A stretch of DNA of 64,000 bases from an uncultured Gemmatimonadaceae bacterium (GTDB lineage: Bacteria; Gemmatimonadota; Gemmatimonadetes; Gemmatimonadales; Gemmatimonadaceae), in NCBI GenBank assembly GCA_963761305.1, contig CAVXGK010000001.1, positions 384,001-448,000 on the forward strand, read 5' to 3'. The position numbers and the translations under genes were made by a program. The notes beneath the pieces were generated by a model. It was not told the origin of the DNA. It was given only the letters and a program-made list of their open reading frames with translations, and did not search any database. This document shows positions 1 through 10,501 of this stretch, piece by piece; position 1 is the first letter of the stretch; each line of letters starts with the position of its first letter.

Positions 1-458
1 TTCAACGCGCCGACCAGCGGCGTGAATACCGCAACGAAGATCCAGAGGTAGACCGGCGCCGACAATCCCCAGGCCGTCGCCACGCCGATGAGCGTGATGA
101 TGGAGATGAGGCGCCATGCATCGCGCCGTCGCTCGAGCCTGCCCGCGAACGATGCTGCGTACACGAAGAACGTCGCCGCGCCGGCGTTGACCGGCGAGAA
201 CGCCAGGCCGAGGGCGACCTGCACACCGATCACAGCGAGCAGCTTGCGGCCACTGACCCAATAACCCGCGAAGTATGAGAGGAGAAAGACGATCGTCGCG
301 CCGGCCGTCGCGATCCATTCCGTCAGCGATGCACGCTGAAGGACCGGAAAGACGAAGAACCCGGACAGATAAATGAGCCACACGTACGGCACCCAGCCAA
401 GCGAGGTGCTGCTCGGCAGGAGACGGAACGCCGGCCTGTCAGCGGAAGCGAACGTCAT
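1..458 (-). CDS. DesK/YvfT-like membrane sensor histidine kinase, N-terminal transmembrane part (runs off window start)
   Basis: Manual translation from ATG at 458: MTFASADRPAFRLLPSSTSLGWVPYVWLIYLSGFFVFPVL...AATFFVYAASF..., several TM helices. The start overlaps the stop of the upstream amidohydrolase. The kinase domain is outside the window and this ORF is absent from the ORF track. Confidence 0.65.
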   Translation of the reverse strand, partial: MTFASADRPAFRLLPSSTSLGWVPYVWLIYLSGFFVFPVLQRASLTEWIATAGATIVFLLSYFAGYWVSGRKLLAVIGVQVALGLAFSPVNAGAATFFVYAASFAGRLERRRDAWRLISIITLIGVATAWGLSAPVYLWIFVAVFTPLVGAL

Positions 459-2289
459 CAATCCGGAACGAGAACGGACCGGCGGCTGGCCCGCCGGCGA
501 AGATGATCGCCATGAGATCGTGGCCGTCGCTGCCGCCAAAGTCCGAGAACGGGAAGGTGAATTCCTTCCATTCCGGCCCGGCGACAAAGGTCACCGCGAG
601 CGGAGCGAAGCCCTTGCTCTCGACAAAGGCCAGAACACGGTACGTCTTGCCGTCGCCTTGTGCCCAGAATCGCAGCTCCTTTTTTGACGACAGGTTGACG
701 GGTGACATCGGCTGCGCGCCCGGCGAGTACATCGCCCCCGCCCACGCATACGGAATTTCGGCCGAGATGGTTCCGCTGATCCCCAGTGACTTCTTCGTTC
801 CGGCGGCTCCACCATCGACGACCGCCATCTCGGCCGTGGACTTGCCGTTCGCCATGGCGTCGGTCGAGACCATCCATCCGGCGCCGAACGCAACCCCAAT
901 CGTCCCATCATCAAAGTCGCTGATCAGTCCCGACTCCGATCCACGCGGCGGGCGTGTTGCGTCAGCGAGCGCCTTCGCGATCGTTGCCGCGAACGCCGCG
1001 CGATCGACACGCCGGCCCAGCTTCCATACGCCATCGATGGCGCGGGTCGCCGTGATGTCGGAGGTCGGGTCGCCAGATACCAACACGAGGTCCGCGCGCA
1101 TGCCGGCAACAATGCGACCGCGGTCGTCGAGGTGGAAGATGCGCGCCGGAGTGCTGGTGGCGGCGGCCAGGGCTTCCGTGGGTGTGAGTCCGGCCTGCAC
1201 GAGCAGCTCCAGCTCGCCGTGCAACGAGATGCCGTGGGTCGTTCCGGGGTTGCCGGCGTCAGTCCCGGCAAGGAGTGGCACGCCCGCCTGCTTCAAGGCG
1301 CGCACGGTCGTGGTAGCGGCGTCGTAGGTGGCGGCGGGCGTCCCAGGACGGCGCGAAAAACCCTGTCCGAGCATTGTCGCGTCCGTACGAGAGATGTACG
1401 GCGCGAGGCGCGGATCCTTCACGAGCGCCGCGCCACCATGCCCACCGGCAATGCTTTGGAGAACACTGAGTGTCGGGATGACAAATGCGTGATGCCCGGC
1501 GACAAAGCCGGCAAACGCCGAGTCGGGCGCACGATCCACGAAGAGGTGCGCGAGGCCGTCGGCGCCGGCGTCGATCGCGTCGCGCGCACCCATCAGGCTT
1601 CCGATGTGCACCAGCGCGAGCTTGTGTCGAGCATGCGCGGCCGCAATCACGGCCCGCATCGTTTCCTTGTCGAGCGTTGGAAGGTTCAAGCCATACGTGT
1701 GCCCGTCATCGTAAACGATCTTGATGTAGTCCGATCCCTCGGCGATGCGCGCGTCGACAAACGCCTGCGCGCCCGCCGGCGAGTTGATCGTGGGAATGGG
1801 CCTTCCGTATTCGGTGCCGTGTCCGCCCGGCGCGGTGGCGAGCGTTCCCGCAGAAAGCATGTCGGCGCGCGCCATCGCGGTACCGGCGGCCTGCTCTGCG
1901 CGAAGCGTCTTCGCCAGGACGGTGTCGGTGAACATGTCCAACTCGGTCGTGACTCCGAAGACGACGGCCGACTCGAGCGATCCCGGCCAGACATGGGTAT
2001 GCGAGTCGATCAGCCCGGGCATCAGCGTCTTGCCTTGACCGTCGATTGTCTCGGCGCCCGGCGGCGCGGCCAGTGACTTGCCGATCCTGGCGATTCGTCC
2101 GTTCTCTATGAGGACATCCTCGTTGGCTGTGGCGCGCGTGCCATCGAAGACGCGGACGTTTCGAAACAACGTCGGGACGGACTGTGCGGCCGCGGAAGTC
2201 CGGAGCAGAGCGAGAGCGGCCACCGCGACGGCGACGTGCGCAATGGCGTGAGCGTGGGGAGAGCGGCGAATTGGCATCCAGGTATCCAT
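439..2289 (-). CDS. Secreted amidohydrolase with C-terminal CIA30/CBM-like domain
   Basis: Signal peptide (..AAAQ), PGLIDSHTH metal site, GTDAG, G.RADLVLV. C-terminal ISDFDDG...GDGKTYRV...WKEFTFPFSDF...FRIDDVRF resembles CIA30. Start uncertain (2274-2355). Confidence 0.85.
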   Translation of the reverse strand: MDTWMPIRRSPHAHAIAHVAVAVAALALLRTSAAAQSVPTLFRNVRVFDGTRATANEDVLIENGRIARIGKSLAAPPGAETIDGQGKTLMPGLIDSHTHVWPGSLESAVVFGVTTELDMFTDTVLAKTLRAEQAAGTAMARADMLSAGTLATAPGGHGTEYGRPIPTINSPAGAQAFVDARIAEGSDYIKIVYDDGHTYGLNLPTLDKETMRAVIAAAHARHKLALVHIGSLMGARDAIDAGADGLAHLFVDRAPDSAFAGFVAGHHAFVIPTLSVLQSIAGGHGGAALVKDPRLAPYISRTDATMLGQGFSRRPGTPAATYDAATTTVRALKQAGVPLLAGTDAGNPGTTHGISLHGELELLVQAGLTPTEALAAATSTPARIFHLDDRGRIVAGMRADLVLVSGDPTSDITATRAIDGVWKLGRRVDRAAFAATIAKALADATRPPRGSESGLISDFDDGTIGVAFGAGWMVSTDAMANGKSTAEMAVVDGGAAGTKKSLGISGTISAEIPYAWAGAMYSPGAQPMSPVNLSSKKELRFWAQGDGKTYRVLAFVESKGFAPLAVTFVAGPEWKEFTFPFSDFGGSDGHDLMAIIFAGGPAAGPFSFRIDDVRFR

Positions 2290-2477
2290 GGCGTGAGGTC
2301 GACAAGCGCACCTGGCTACACAATGTCGAGCCCCGCATACACAAACCATTGCCATTCGTCAGACGCCGTCGATGACAATTGTCATTCGGCACTCGGGGTG
2401 TTTAGGCGGCCGTCGCTACCCGGTTACCACGGAGCAGGAAATCACACGGCATCGGCCGGAGATCACACGCTCGGCGC

Positions 2478-2783
2478 TTGTACTGGCGGTCGCGTTGTTC
2501 CCGGCCCCTGCGCGCCTTACCTTGGCCGCGATTCGAGCTTGTGCTCCTCGTCGCTCGGAACGGTCTCGCGTTGGGCGCGGCCGGTGCGGGCGCCGGCATT
2601 CTGGTTTCGATTGCGGCGAGCCGGCTTCTGGCGGACCAGATGTTTGGCGTCTCCGCCCTGGACCCAGTCACGCTCGCGGCGACGGCGATAGGGCTTGTAG
2701 TCGTCGCGGCACTGGCGAGTCTCGTGCCGGCAATGCGAGCGGCGCGCATCGATCCCGTCAGGACGTTACGGGGGGGAGCGTAG
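2478..2783 (+). pseudogene. C-terminal fragment of an FtsX/MacB-type orphan ABC permease
   Basis: GLALGAAGAGAG...FGVSALDPVT...SLVPAMRAARIDPVRTLR matches the C-termini of the full permeases in this window; the N-terminal part is missing. Confidence 0.75.
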
Positions 2784-2894
2784 CCGATTAGCAAGCCTCA
2801 CGATCGTCGTTAGCTATCAATAATCAGGAGGCTCTATGTCTCGCGCCACTCACTACGCAATAGTCGCACTACTGGCATATGCTGGGGAGAAACA

Positions 2895-3362
2895 ATGCGA
2901 GCGAGTCGTCACTTCATCGCAGTCCTGTTGACCGCGGCTGTTGGATGGGCGTCGTCCGCCTCGGCCCAGTCCACCCCCGCGGATTCGGCGAAAACGCGAG
3001 CTCCGCGCACCCACACCTGCGTGAAAGGCCTCGAGGAATATCAAAGGACCGCTGACATTCCACCGCCGTTCGAGATCCTCAGACCGAACGTGCGGCCGAC
3101 CGCGGTGGATCCGTCGAATTTCCGCGCCTTCATGCTTGGCGTATTCGCCGAGGCCGGTGCAACCGGATTCGTGGCGCAGTCGCAAACGACCGGGCTACAG
3201 CAGTCCTTCGTCGCCATTCCCGTGTTCGTGCCCGCCGACTCCGCGCGCGTCGCGGCGGCGTGTCGCGACTCCGCCTCGCCGAAAAGGTCAACGCTGGGGT
3301 TCATGCTCCGCACAGGTTGGCTTCGCGCACCTTACGTGATGTATGCAGCCACGATTCGGTAA
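2895..3362 (+). CDS. Hypothetical exported protein
   Basis: RBS GGGGAGA, signal peptide ending ASAQ, 155 aa. Confidence 0.55.
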   Translation: MRASRHFIAVLLTAAVGWASSASAQSTPADSAKTRAPRTHTCVKGLEEYQRTADIPPPFEILRPNVRPTAVDPSNFRAFMLGVFAEAGATGFVAQSQTTGLQQSFVAIPVFVPADSARVAAACRDSASPKRSTLGFMLRTGWLRAPYVMYAATIR

Positions 3363-3762
3363 GGCCATCGTCGTCGCGCCGCTAGCAGGGCCGGTAGCCA
3401 TTTTCTCAGTGCTTCTATTGCGCGAGGCGTTCGGGTCGGTGCATGAAGGTTCGATCGCAGCGATCCCCGTGTGGCTGTTCGCACTCGTTCTGTTTGGCGC
3501 CCCACCGGCGTACCTCTCGGCGCTGGTCATCCTCTGGCCGGTGTCGCGGGCGTTGGCCAGTGCGGAGCGTTTCACGTGGCCCGTTGTCACGTCCGTCTCG
3601 GCTCTCGCCGGCGCGATCATCATGCCCACCTATCTTCGCGCCCTCGAGCCGCGAGGTCGAATTGATCTGTTTCCGGGCGCAGGCGTTCTCGCCGGTGCGG
3701 CGACCGGACTCGCGTTCTGGGTAATCGCCACGCGGCCTCGCACGGAGACGACTTTCATATGA
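3343..3762 (+). CDS. Hypothetical 4-TM membrane protein
   Basis: Four hydrophobic segments, 139 aa. Confidence 0.55.
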   Translation: MQPRFGKAIVVAPLAGPVAIFSVLLLREAFGSVHEGSIAAIPVWLFALVLFGAPPAYLSALVILWPVSRALASAERFTWPVVTSVSALAGAIIMPTYLRALEPRGRIDLFPGAGVLAGAATGLAFWVIATRPRTETTFI

Positions 3763-4028
3763 GCGTCGCCCGCGAACGAACGATTCCCGGTTCGTTCACT
3801 TCTCCGGCGGGGCGATTTGCGGAGGGCGTTGGCAATCGGAAGGTCATTTTCGCACGTGCCTCCAAGCGGGACAACGCCGCCCGCCAGACCGAACCTCGGG
3901 CCGACAAATCACACGGGTGTGTCGGCAGATCACGCCTTCGGCGTATTTTCCGGCTGTCCCGTTGTCCTCGGCTCTGGCGCAGACTATCGTGGACCGCGTC
4001 TGCGAACTTGCCCCCGGAGTGCTGATCT

Positions 4029-4526
4029 ATGAGGCTAAGGGTGAGAGATGGCGTTGCACACAATGTCGATGGACAGCGCACCATCAGCGTCGTGCGCGCC
4101 TACCTCGCGGCGCTCGTCGAGGCGCGTCGTAGCCTCGGCTCAACGGCTAGCGCGACAGAACTAGAATATGGGGCAGCCGCTCTGGATTTTCACATGCCGG
4201 TTGCAGTGTTGCGACGACTTGGATCTGTTCGCTCGTCAGTCGGCACCCCACTACCGCTGATCGTCGCCGTCGACGTCGTGCGCCGCGGAGTTCCGATGGA
4301 TTCGGTTGGCCGCCGCTTTGTGGAGCTCGTCCAGGTTCATGCCACCGACACCGAGTTCATCGAGCTGTTGCTGCGCGTCGGAGTTGCGAGAGCACAGGGA
4401 TCCTCGGTGCTGGCCGCCTATCGCGCAGGATTGGACGCGATCCGGTCGGCTCATCGGTCCCAGTGGGAGCGGTTCATCGAAGTGATCGAGACTCTGTCCG
4501 TACCCAAAGCAAAGGCGGGTATATGA
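4029..4526 (+). CDS. Hypothetical protein
   Basis: 165-aa ORF whose stop overlaps the ATG of the next permease (ATGA). Confidence 0.4.
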   Translation: MRLRVRDGVAHNVDGQRTISVVRAYLAALVEARRSLGSTASATELEYGAAALDFHMPVAVLRRLGSVRSSVGTPLPLIVAVDVVRRGVPMDSVGRRFVELVQVHATDTEFIELLLRVGVARAQGSSVLAAYRAGLDAIRSAHRSQWERFIEVIETLSVPKAKAGI

Positions 4527-7162
4527 GAGCGATTCGCCTCTGGCTGCGCCGCGATCGGGAGCGCGCGCTGCGCGACGAGATCAACGCCCATCTCGAGATG
4601 GACCGCGCCGACCGTATCGCGCGCGGCGAATCGCCGAGCGACGCCGAGCTCAACGCGCGCGCCGACTTCGGCAACGTCGGTCTGGTCCAGGAGGTGACGC
4701 GTGACGCCTGGGCCGGCATCTGGCTGGACCGCCTCGGACAAGATGTTCGATTCGGCGCCCGCATGTTGTGGCGAACCCCCGGCTTCACGACGCTGGCCGT
4801 CGTCTGCCTCGCCTTGGGGATCGGAGGAAACGCCGCCGTCTTCAGTTGGGTGGAGAGCATTCTCCTTCGACCGTACCCGGGCGTGGCCGACCAGAGTCGA
4901 CTCGTCGCGATTGCCGGCACCGGCAAGGGCGAACCCGGCTACTCGGACATGTCGTGGCCGGACTTCACAGATCTCTCGCGAAGCTCGAATCTCTTCTCGG
5001 CCTTCGTCGCCACTAAGATCATCGGCGCCGCGCTCACCGGCGGCGATCGCGCCGAGCGCGCCGTCGGGCAACTCGTGTCGGCGAACTACTTCGACGCGCT
5101 GGGCGTCCATCCGATCCTCGGCCGCGGGTTCCTGCCGGACGAGGAAACCGGTGCCAACGCGCACCCGGTCACCGTCATCAGCTTCCGCCTGTGGCGCGAT
5201 CGATTCGCCGGCGACCGCGCCGTGATCGGCAAGACGATCATGCTCAATCGCGTCGCGCACACAATCGTCGGCGTGGCGCCGGAATCGTTTGCCGGCACCT
5301 TCGTCGGCTACGCGATGCAATTCTGGGTGCCCGCGTCGATGCAGGCCGCATTCAACGGAACGTACCAGCTCGACGACCGCTCGGCGCGGTGGATCGAGGG
5401 GTTGGCGGTTCTCGCGCCGGGGGTGAGCGTCGCGCGCGCGCAGGCCGCGATGTCCACCGCGGCCGGGCGGCTCGAGTCGCAATTTCCGAACGCGGATCGC
5501 GGGCGGGGCGTGCGCGTGCTGCCTCTCTGGAAAGCGCCATTCGACAATGCGCAAGAGCTCCTGCCCATGATCCGCATCGCATTCATCGTCGTCGTTCTCG
5601 TTCTGCTCGTCGCGTGCGCGAACGTCGCCAACCTTCTCCTCGTGCGATCCGTCGCCAGACGCCAGGAAATGACGGCGCGTTTGGCGCTCGGCGCGAGCCG
5701 AGGGCGGCTGCTCCGCCAGTTGATCACCGAGGGCGTCCTCCTGTCGTTGCTCGCGACGGCGGTCGGGCTCGTCGTCGCGTACTGGAGCCGTCACGCGCTC
5801 GTGCTGTTCTTTGCGCCGCGCGGCGGCGTGAATCTGACGTTCTCGGTCGACCTCGATTGGCGGGTGTTGGCGCTGAGCGGACTCCTCGGGTTGACATCGA
5901 CGCTCGCGTTCGCGCTCGTTCCCGCCCTGCGTGGAACCCGGGTCGATCTCGCGAGCGCGCTCAAAGCCGATTCACGTTCGGCGTCGGGCGGCGCCGGCGT
6001 GCGGCTGCGTGGCGGTCTCGTCATCCTTCAAGTCGCCGTGAGCCTGGTTCTCGTCGTCGGCGCCGGCCTCCTTGCGAGTAGCCTTCAACGCATCGGCGAC
6101 GCGGATCCGGGGTTCCGCGAGGACGGCGTGTTCACGACGCGCGTCGGGCTCCTCTCCGCCGGGTACGACACGACGCGCGCCAAGCGCTTCGCGCAGGATC
6201 TCGTCGATCGGCTTCACGGCGTCGCAGGCATAGACTCCGTCGCCATCGCGCGCACGATTCCGTTCGAGCCGTCCGGACCGTTCGCGTCGGCTCCCGTCGC
6301 CACCGACGCGTATCGTCCGGAGCAGGATGAGCAGCCGTCGGCGAACTACAACGCCGTCACACCGGGATACTTCGCCACACTCGGCATTCCGCTCCTTCGC
6401 GGCCGAGACTTCACGCGCGCCGACGACGACACGACGGCACCGGTGGCGATCGTGAGCGAAGCGATGGCGGCGAAGTACTGGCCCGGCGCCGATCCCGTCG
6501 GCAAGCGCCTTCGCGTTCGCGATCGATGGATGCAGGTCGTCGGGCTGGCAAAGAACATTCAGTATCAATCCTTACTCACACCACCGGAACCGCTCTTCTA
6601 CCTACCGTTTCGCCAGAGCGTGGCGCTGTCGTTTGCGGTCCAGGTTCGCACGCGCGACGGCGCCGCGACGCTCCGACCGGCGTTCGTGCGCGTCCTTCGC
6701 GAGCTCGATCCGAACGTGGTCCCCTATGAGCTGCTTTCCATGCGCGAGCAGGTCGCGCGATCCACGTCTACCCAACACGTCGCCGGCGCCTTTCTCGGCG
6801 TCTTTGCCGCTGTGGCGCTCGCATTGGCCGCGCTCGGCGTCTACGGCGTCATGTCGTACGTGGTGACGCAGAGCAGGCGCGAGCTCGGGCTTCGCATGGC
6901 GCTCGGCGCCGCGCCGCGCGACGTGCTCGGTCTCGTGCTTTATCGGGGCCTCGCGCTCACGGGCGTGGGAATCATCGTCGGTCTGGCCGTAGCGCTCGGC
7001 ACGACGCGCCTCCTCGGCGACCTTCTATATAAGGTGAGCCCGCGCGATCCCCGGATCTTCGCCCTCGCCCTCGCGGTCATGGTCGTCGGGGCCGTCGCGG
7101 CATGCGCGGTTCCGGCGTGGCGAGCCGTACGAACGGACCTCGTGAACGCCCTACGCGTGTAG
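4523..7162 (+). CDS. Duplicated orphan ABC permease (ADOP / MacB-FtsX type)
   Basis: Permease prefix (EINAHLEM..DRIARG..ADFG), LALGIGGNAAVFS, LLVACANVANLLL, RLALGASRGRL, duplicated halves. Confidence 0.93.
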   Translation: MRAIRLWLRRDRERALRDEINAHLEMDRADRIARGESPSDAELNARADFGNVGLVQEVTRDAWAGIWLDRLGQDVRFGARMLWRTPGFTTLAVVCLALGIGGNAAVFSWVESILLRPYPGVADQSRLVAIAGTGKGEPGYSDMSWPDFTDLSRSSNLFSAFVATKIIGAALTGGDRAERAVGQLVSANYFDALGVHPILGRGFLPDEETGANAHPVTVISFRLWRDRFAGDRAVIGKTIMLNRVAHTIVGVAPESFAGTFVGYAMQFWVPASMQAAFNGTYQLDDRSARWIEGLAVLAPGVSVARAQAAMSTAAGRLESQFPNADRGRGVRVLPLWKAPFDNAQELLPMIRIAFIVVVLVLLVACANVANLLLVRSVARRQEMTARLALGASRGRLLRQLITEGVLLSLLATAVGLVVAYWSRHALVLFFAPRGGVNLTFSVDLDWRVLALSGLLGLTSTLAFALVPALRGTRVDLASALKADSRSASGGAGVRLRGGLVILQVAVSLVLVVGAGLLASSLQRIGDADPGFREDGVFTTRVGLLSAGYDTTRAKRFAQDLVDRLHGVAGIDSVAIARTIPFEPSGPFASAPVATDAYRPEQDEQPSANYNAVTPGYFATLGIPLLRGRDFTRADDDTTAPVAIVSEAMAAKYWPGADPVGKRLRVRDRWMQVVGLAKNIQYQSLLTPPEPLFYLPFRQSVALSFAVQVRTRDGAATLRPAFVRVLRELDPNVVPYELLSMREQVARSTSTQHVAGAFLGVFAAVALALAALGVYGVMSYVVTQSRRELGLRMALGAAPRDVLGLVLYRGLALTGVGIIVGLAVALGTTRLLGDLLYKVSPRDPRIFALALAVMVVGAVAACAVPAWRAVRTDLVNALRV

Positions 7163-7222
7163 CGCAGCCGTCTGACCCGTCTCAATACGTCAGACCCCGC
7201 TTTTTTCCACGGGCCCACCGGG

Positions 7223-7696
7223 CTAGCGTGTCCTTTGCATTCGAAACGGCGTCGCCGTCGGGTCGGTGGTTACGTAGAACACCAGCATTTCGTTCTGCGC
7301 GATGAGCGTGCCGACGTAGTGTGCGGCCTGATCCGTGGAACGAAACGGGCCGCCGCCGCTTGACGTTATCGCCAGAACGATGCTGTCCCCACGCACCCGC
7401 CCGAGAATCTGCAACGAGGCGCCACAGCATGCTTCGAAGCTTACCCCTCCGGTGCCGGTGATGACGGTGTCATCCACCGAGAGACTCCATTCTTGGGAGC
7501 TCCCGGGAACCTCATCCTCCTCGTCCCATGTCCCACTCAAGAGCGCGGGCGTCACGTGAAATGGCGCCGGGTTCGTCACATCGCGACACCCGACAAGCGT
7601 CGCCGCGGCCAATGCGGCCCCAACGGTGAATACGAACGCGAACCGCAGCGTTCTGCAAATTCGGACAGCGTCATGCATGATAGTTAAAGCTGACAC
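7223..7696 (-). CDS. Putative lipoprotein with EACC-motif beta domain
   Basis: Lipobox LVGC; domain similar to the N-terminus of 11737..13338. Confidence 0.6.
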   Translation of the reverse strand: MSALTIMHDAVRICRTLRFAFVFTVGAALAAATLVGCRDVTNPAPFHVTPALLSGTWDEEDEVPGSSQEWSLSVDDTVITGTGGVSFEACCGASLQILGRVRGDSIVLAITSSGGGPFRSTDQAAHYVGTLIAQNEMLVFYVTTDPTATPFRMQRTR

Positions 7697-7873
7697 GTTG
7701 GAGTCTCTCCGCGGGCCTAGAGACTTTCGTCATCCGTCGCCCGACGATCCCCTGAGACCGGCCTAACTGGCTTCTTCGTCAGGACGTCACACCTCAGGGC
7801 TCACGCGGACGCATGATGCCGTGCATCCCGGTAGCTCGCCTGATACACGCCGAACCAGTCGGCGCGCGCAGCT

Positions 7874-10501
7874 TTACTCGGTTCGCAGAACCTCCGCCGG
7901 ATCAACGCTCCCTGCCTTCCTCGCCGGTATCCAACTGGCGAGCGTCGCCGTCGACAACAACAACAGCGTCGCGGCCGCAATCGTGAGCGGATCCCACGGC
8001 GCCACGCCGAACAGAAGGCTCCGCATGAACCGCGAGGCCCCGACGAACAGTGCCATGCCGACCGCAACGCCAATCCCGGTGAGCGCGAGCCCCTGGCGCG
8101 TCGTCGCCGCAGCCACACTGCTCGGCGTGGCGCCAAGCGCGATGCGAATGCTCAGCTCTCGGCGGCGAAGCGTGACCACGTACGCCATCACGCCATATAG
8201 CCCCACCGCCCCCAGAACCAGCGTGACGATTGCCGCCCCGCCGAGGATGAGGATGACGAAAGCGAGGCGAGCAGTCGCCGCTCCAAGAGCGGTTTCCATC
8301 GTTCGCACGTCGAACGTCGGTAGCGCGGGGTCGAGCTCGCGAATGATCTGCCGCACGGCGGGCACGCTCGACGTCGGCTCGCCACTCGTTCGCACCACGA
8401 CCGCCATGGTCCGCGCGGGCCGGCGACTCGGCGTCTCCTTCGACACTGTCTCCGGGAAATAGACCGTCGGCGACGGGGACGCGGCGAGCGCCGTGTCGCG
8501 GGCGTCGCCGACGACGCCGACGACCGTGAACAGCGTGCCGCCCGGCAACGGTCGAAATTGCTTTCCGAGAGCCGCCGCGCCGGTCGAATCCTTCCAGAAA
8601 AGCTGCGCAGTGCGGCTCGACACGATCGCCTCGCTGCCGCGCTGCGCATCCATTCGGTCGAACAGCTTGCCCGCGAGCAACGGTATTCTCAGCGCACGAA
8701 AGTAGTCGCCACCCACGATCGTGAACACCACGAGCGGCGGCAGCTTGGAGACATACGACTGATCGTCTTCCGGATACAGCGGATTGGGGTCTATGCCTCG
8801 GTCCTCGAGCGGCAGGCGCGACGTGACGGCGACATTCGTCACGCCCGGGAGCTGCGCAACGCGATCGACGAGCGTCGAATAAAAGCGTCCGACATCCCCG
8901 TCGGCCGGGTAGCGCGTCTTGGAGAGTGACATCCAGAGTGTTTCGACGTGGTTGGGGTCGAATCCCGGTCGCACCGCGTGCAGCCGTTGGAACGAACGGA
9001 GCAACAGCCCTGACGCACCGAGCACGACGAGGCAGAGCGCGATCTGCCCGACGGCCAGCACGGCCCGTGCGCGGTGTTGCCTGCGGCCCGCGGTGCTGCT
9101 CCGCCCCCCCTCGCGAAGCGCCGGCGCGCCCAGCCCGACGCGAAGCATCGGCATGACGCTGCAAACGAGCGCACTGAGCGTCGTGATCACGGCGGCGACC
9201 AACACCGCTCGGCCGTCGATTCTGAGCTCGGTGAGCCGCGGAAAGTCGGTCGGTCCCAGAGACACGAGCGCGCGAACGGTGAGCCACGCCGCGCCGAGCC
9301 CGAGGATGCCGGCGACAACCGCGAGAACAACGGCCTCCGATATGAAGAATTGCATCACGCGCCACCGACCCGCGCCGAGGGCCTCACGAACCCCGATCTC
9401 TCGCTGGCGCGCGTCCGCCCTGACGAGTGTAAGGTTCGCCACGTTCGCGCAGGCGACGAGAAGGAGCACGAAACCGGCGCCGGCCATGACCCACAGCGCG
9501 CCGGCGATTCCACCCGTGATGTCGTCGCGCCAGGGATTCAGCACCGGCTGCGGTTTGACCTGTGCCAGCATCTGACTGGTCGTGAGGCCTCGCACGAACG
9601 AGGGAAACAATTCGGCCGCGCGCGGCAGCACGGCGGCGAAGTCGCGTTGCGCATCCGCCACCGAGACGCCCGGCTTGAGGCGGGCCACGCCGTTGTAGCT
9701 GAACGCGACCGGTGGAGGATCGACCGGATCCAACGCCAGCGGCATCCAGATTTGCGTCGCCGCGGAGGGGAACTGGAAGTCCGGCGGCATCACGCCGATG
9801 ATCTCGCGGCTCACGTCGTCGACGCGAAGCCGCCGACCGATGATCGCCGCGTCGCCGCCGAAATCGCGGCGCCACATGGCATCGCTGATCACGACGACGG
9901 GTGGCGCGTTCGGAGTGTCCTCTGACTCGGTGAAAACGTGCCCGCGGCCGGCTGATACGCCGAGCACTCGAAACAGGCTCGCCGAAAACAGCGCCGTTGT
10001 TACGCGGCGCGGCGTCACTGTCGCGCCGTTCGACAGGTCGGCGTTGGCCGCACCTTCGTCGTAGACGCCGATCTCCTCGATCGTGTGGGCCTGCGTTCGG
10101 TACGTGAAATACGTTGTCGGCGCCTGTTGCCCGTGCGTCATCCCCAGCAATGGAAAGTCGTGCCATGCACCGACGAGTCGATCAGGAGTCTTGTACGGCA
10201 ACGGCCGCAGCAGGACGCCGTCGATGACGGCGAAGATCGCTACGACGGCGCCGATCCCCATGAAGAGCGTCAGAACGGCCGTGACCGTGAACGCGGGCCA
10301 TCGCCGCAACGAGCGAATGGCGTACCGAACGTCCTGCGCGAGCGCCTCGCCCCAGCGCGATATCCGCTGCCGCCGCGGACGCCGCCGGTCGACCGCAACC
10401 AGTTCGCGCCGCGACGCGTCAAGGTCGCCGAACTCCGACTCGGCGGCCTGCCGCGCTTCGCTCTCTGTCGGCCCGCTCTCGACGAGCCGTCGAGCGCGCA
10501 T
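7874..10501 (-). CDS. Duplicated orphan ABC permease, N-terminal prefix truncated
   Basis: QDVRYAIRSLRR, LLVACANVANL, IRIALGA, PARKAGSVDP. Homology begins at MRARRLVESG; the upstream 258 codons of the listed ORF are unrelated. Confidence 0.85.
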   Translation of the reverse strand: MRARRLVESGPTESEARQAAESEFGDLDASRRELVAVDRRRPRRQRISRWGEALAQDVRYAIRSLRRWPAFTVTAVLTLFMGIGAVVAIFAVIDGVLLRPLPYKTPDRLVGAWHDFPLLGMTHGQQAPTTYFTYRTQAHTIEEIGVYDEGAANADLSNGATVTPRRVTTALFSASLFRVLGVSAGRGHVFTESEDTPNAPPVVVISDAMWRRDFGGDAAIIGRRLRVDDVSREIIGVMPPDFQFPSAATQIWMPLALDPVDPPPVAFSYNGVARLKPGVSVADAQRDFAAVLPRAAELFPSFVRGLTTSQMLAQVKPQPVLNPWRDDITGGIAGALWVMAGAGFVLLLVACANVANLTLVRADARQREIGVREALGAGRWRVMQFFISEAVVLAVVAGILGLGAAWLTVRALVSLGPTDFPRLTELRIDGRAVLVAAVITTLSALVCSVMPMLRVGLGAPALREGGRSSTAGRRQHRARAVLAVGQIALCLVVLGASGLLLRSFQRLHAVRPGFDPNHVETLWMSLSKTRYPADGDVGRFYSTLVDRVAQLPGVTNVAVTSRLPLEDRGIDPNPLYPEDDQSYVSKLPPLVVFTIVGGDYFRALRIPLLAGKLFDRMDAQRGSEAIVSSRTAQLFWKDSTGAAALGKQFRPLPGGTLFTVVGVVGDARDTALAASPSPTVYFPETVSKETPSRRPARTMAVVVRTSGEPTSSVPAVRQIIRELDPALPTFDVRTMETALGAATARLAFVILILGGAAIVTLVLGAVGLYGVMAYVVTLRRRELSIRIALGATPSSVAAATTRQGLALTGIGVAVGMALFVGASRFMRSLLFGVAPWDPLTIAAATLLLLSTATLASWIPARKAGSVDPAEVLRTE

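Noticed and set aside
2795..2820. attC remnants at 2809 (GTTAGCT), 7761 (GCCTAAC) and 15953 (GTTAGAT)
   Set aside because: Isolated core heptamers without a recognisable partner arm; possible but unsupported
4451..5794. Long antisense or alternate-frame ORFs over permeases and other genes (e.g. 7902..9365, 38274..39623, 54962..56278)
   Set aside because: Arg/Ala/Pro-rich shadow ORFs typical of high-GC DNA, overlapping well-supported genes
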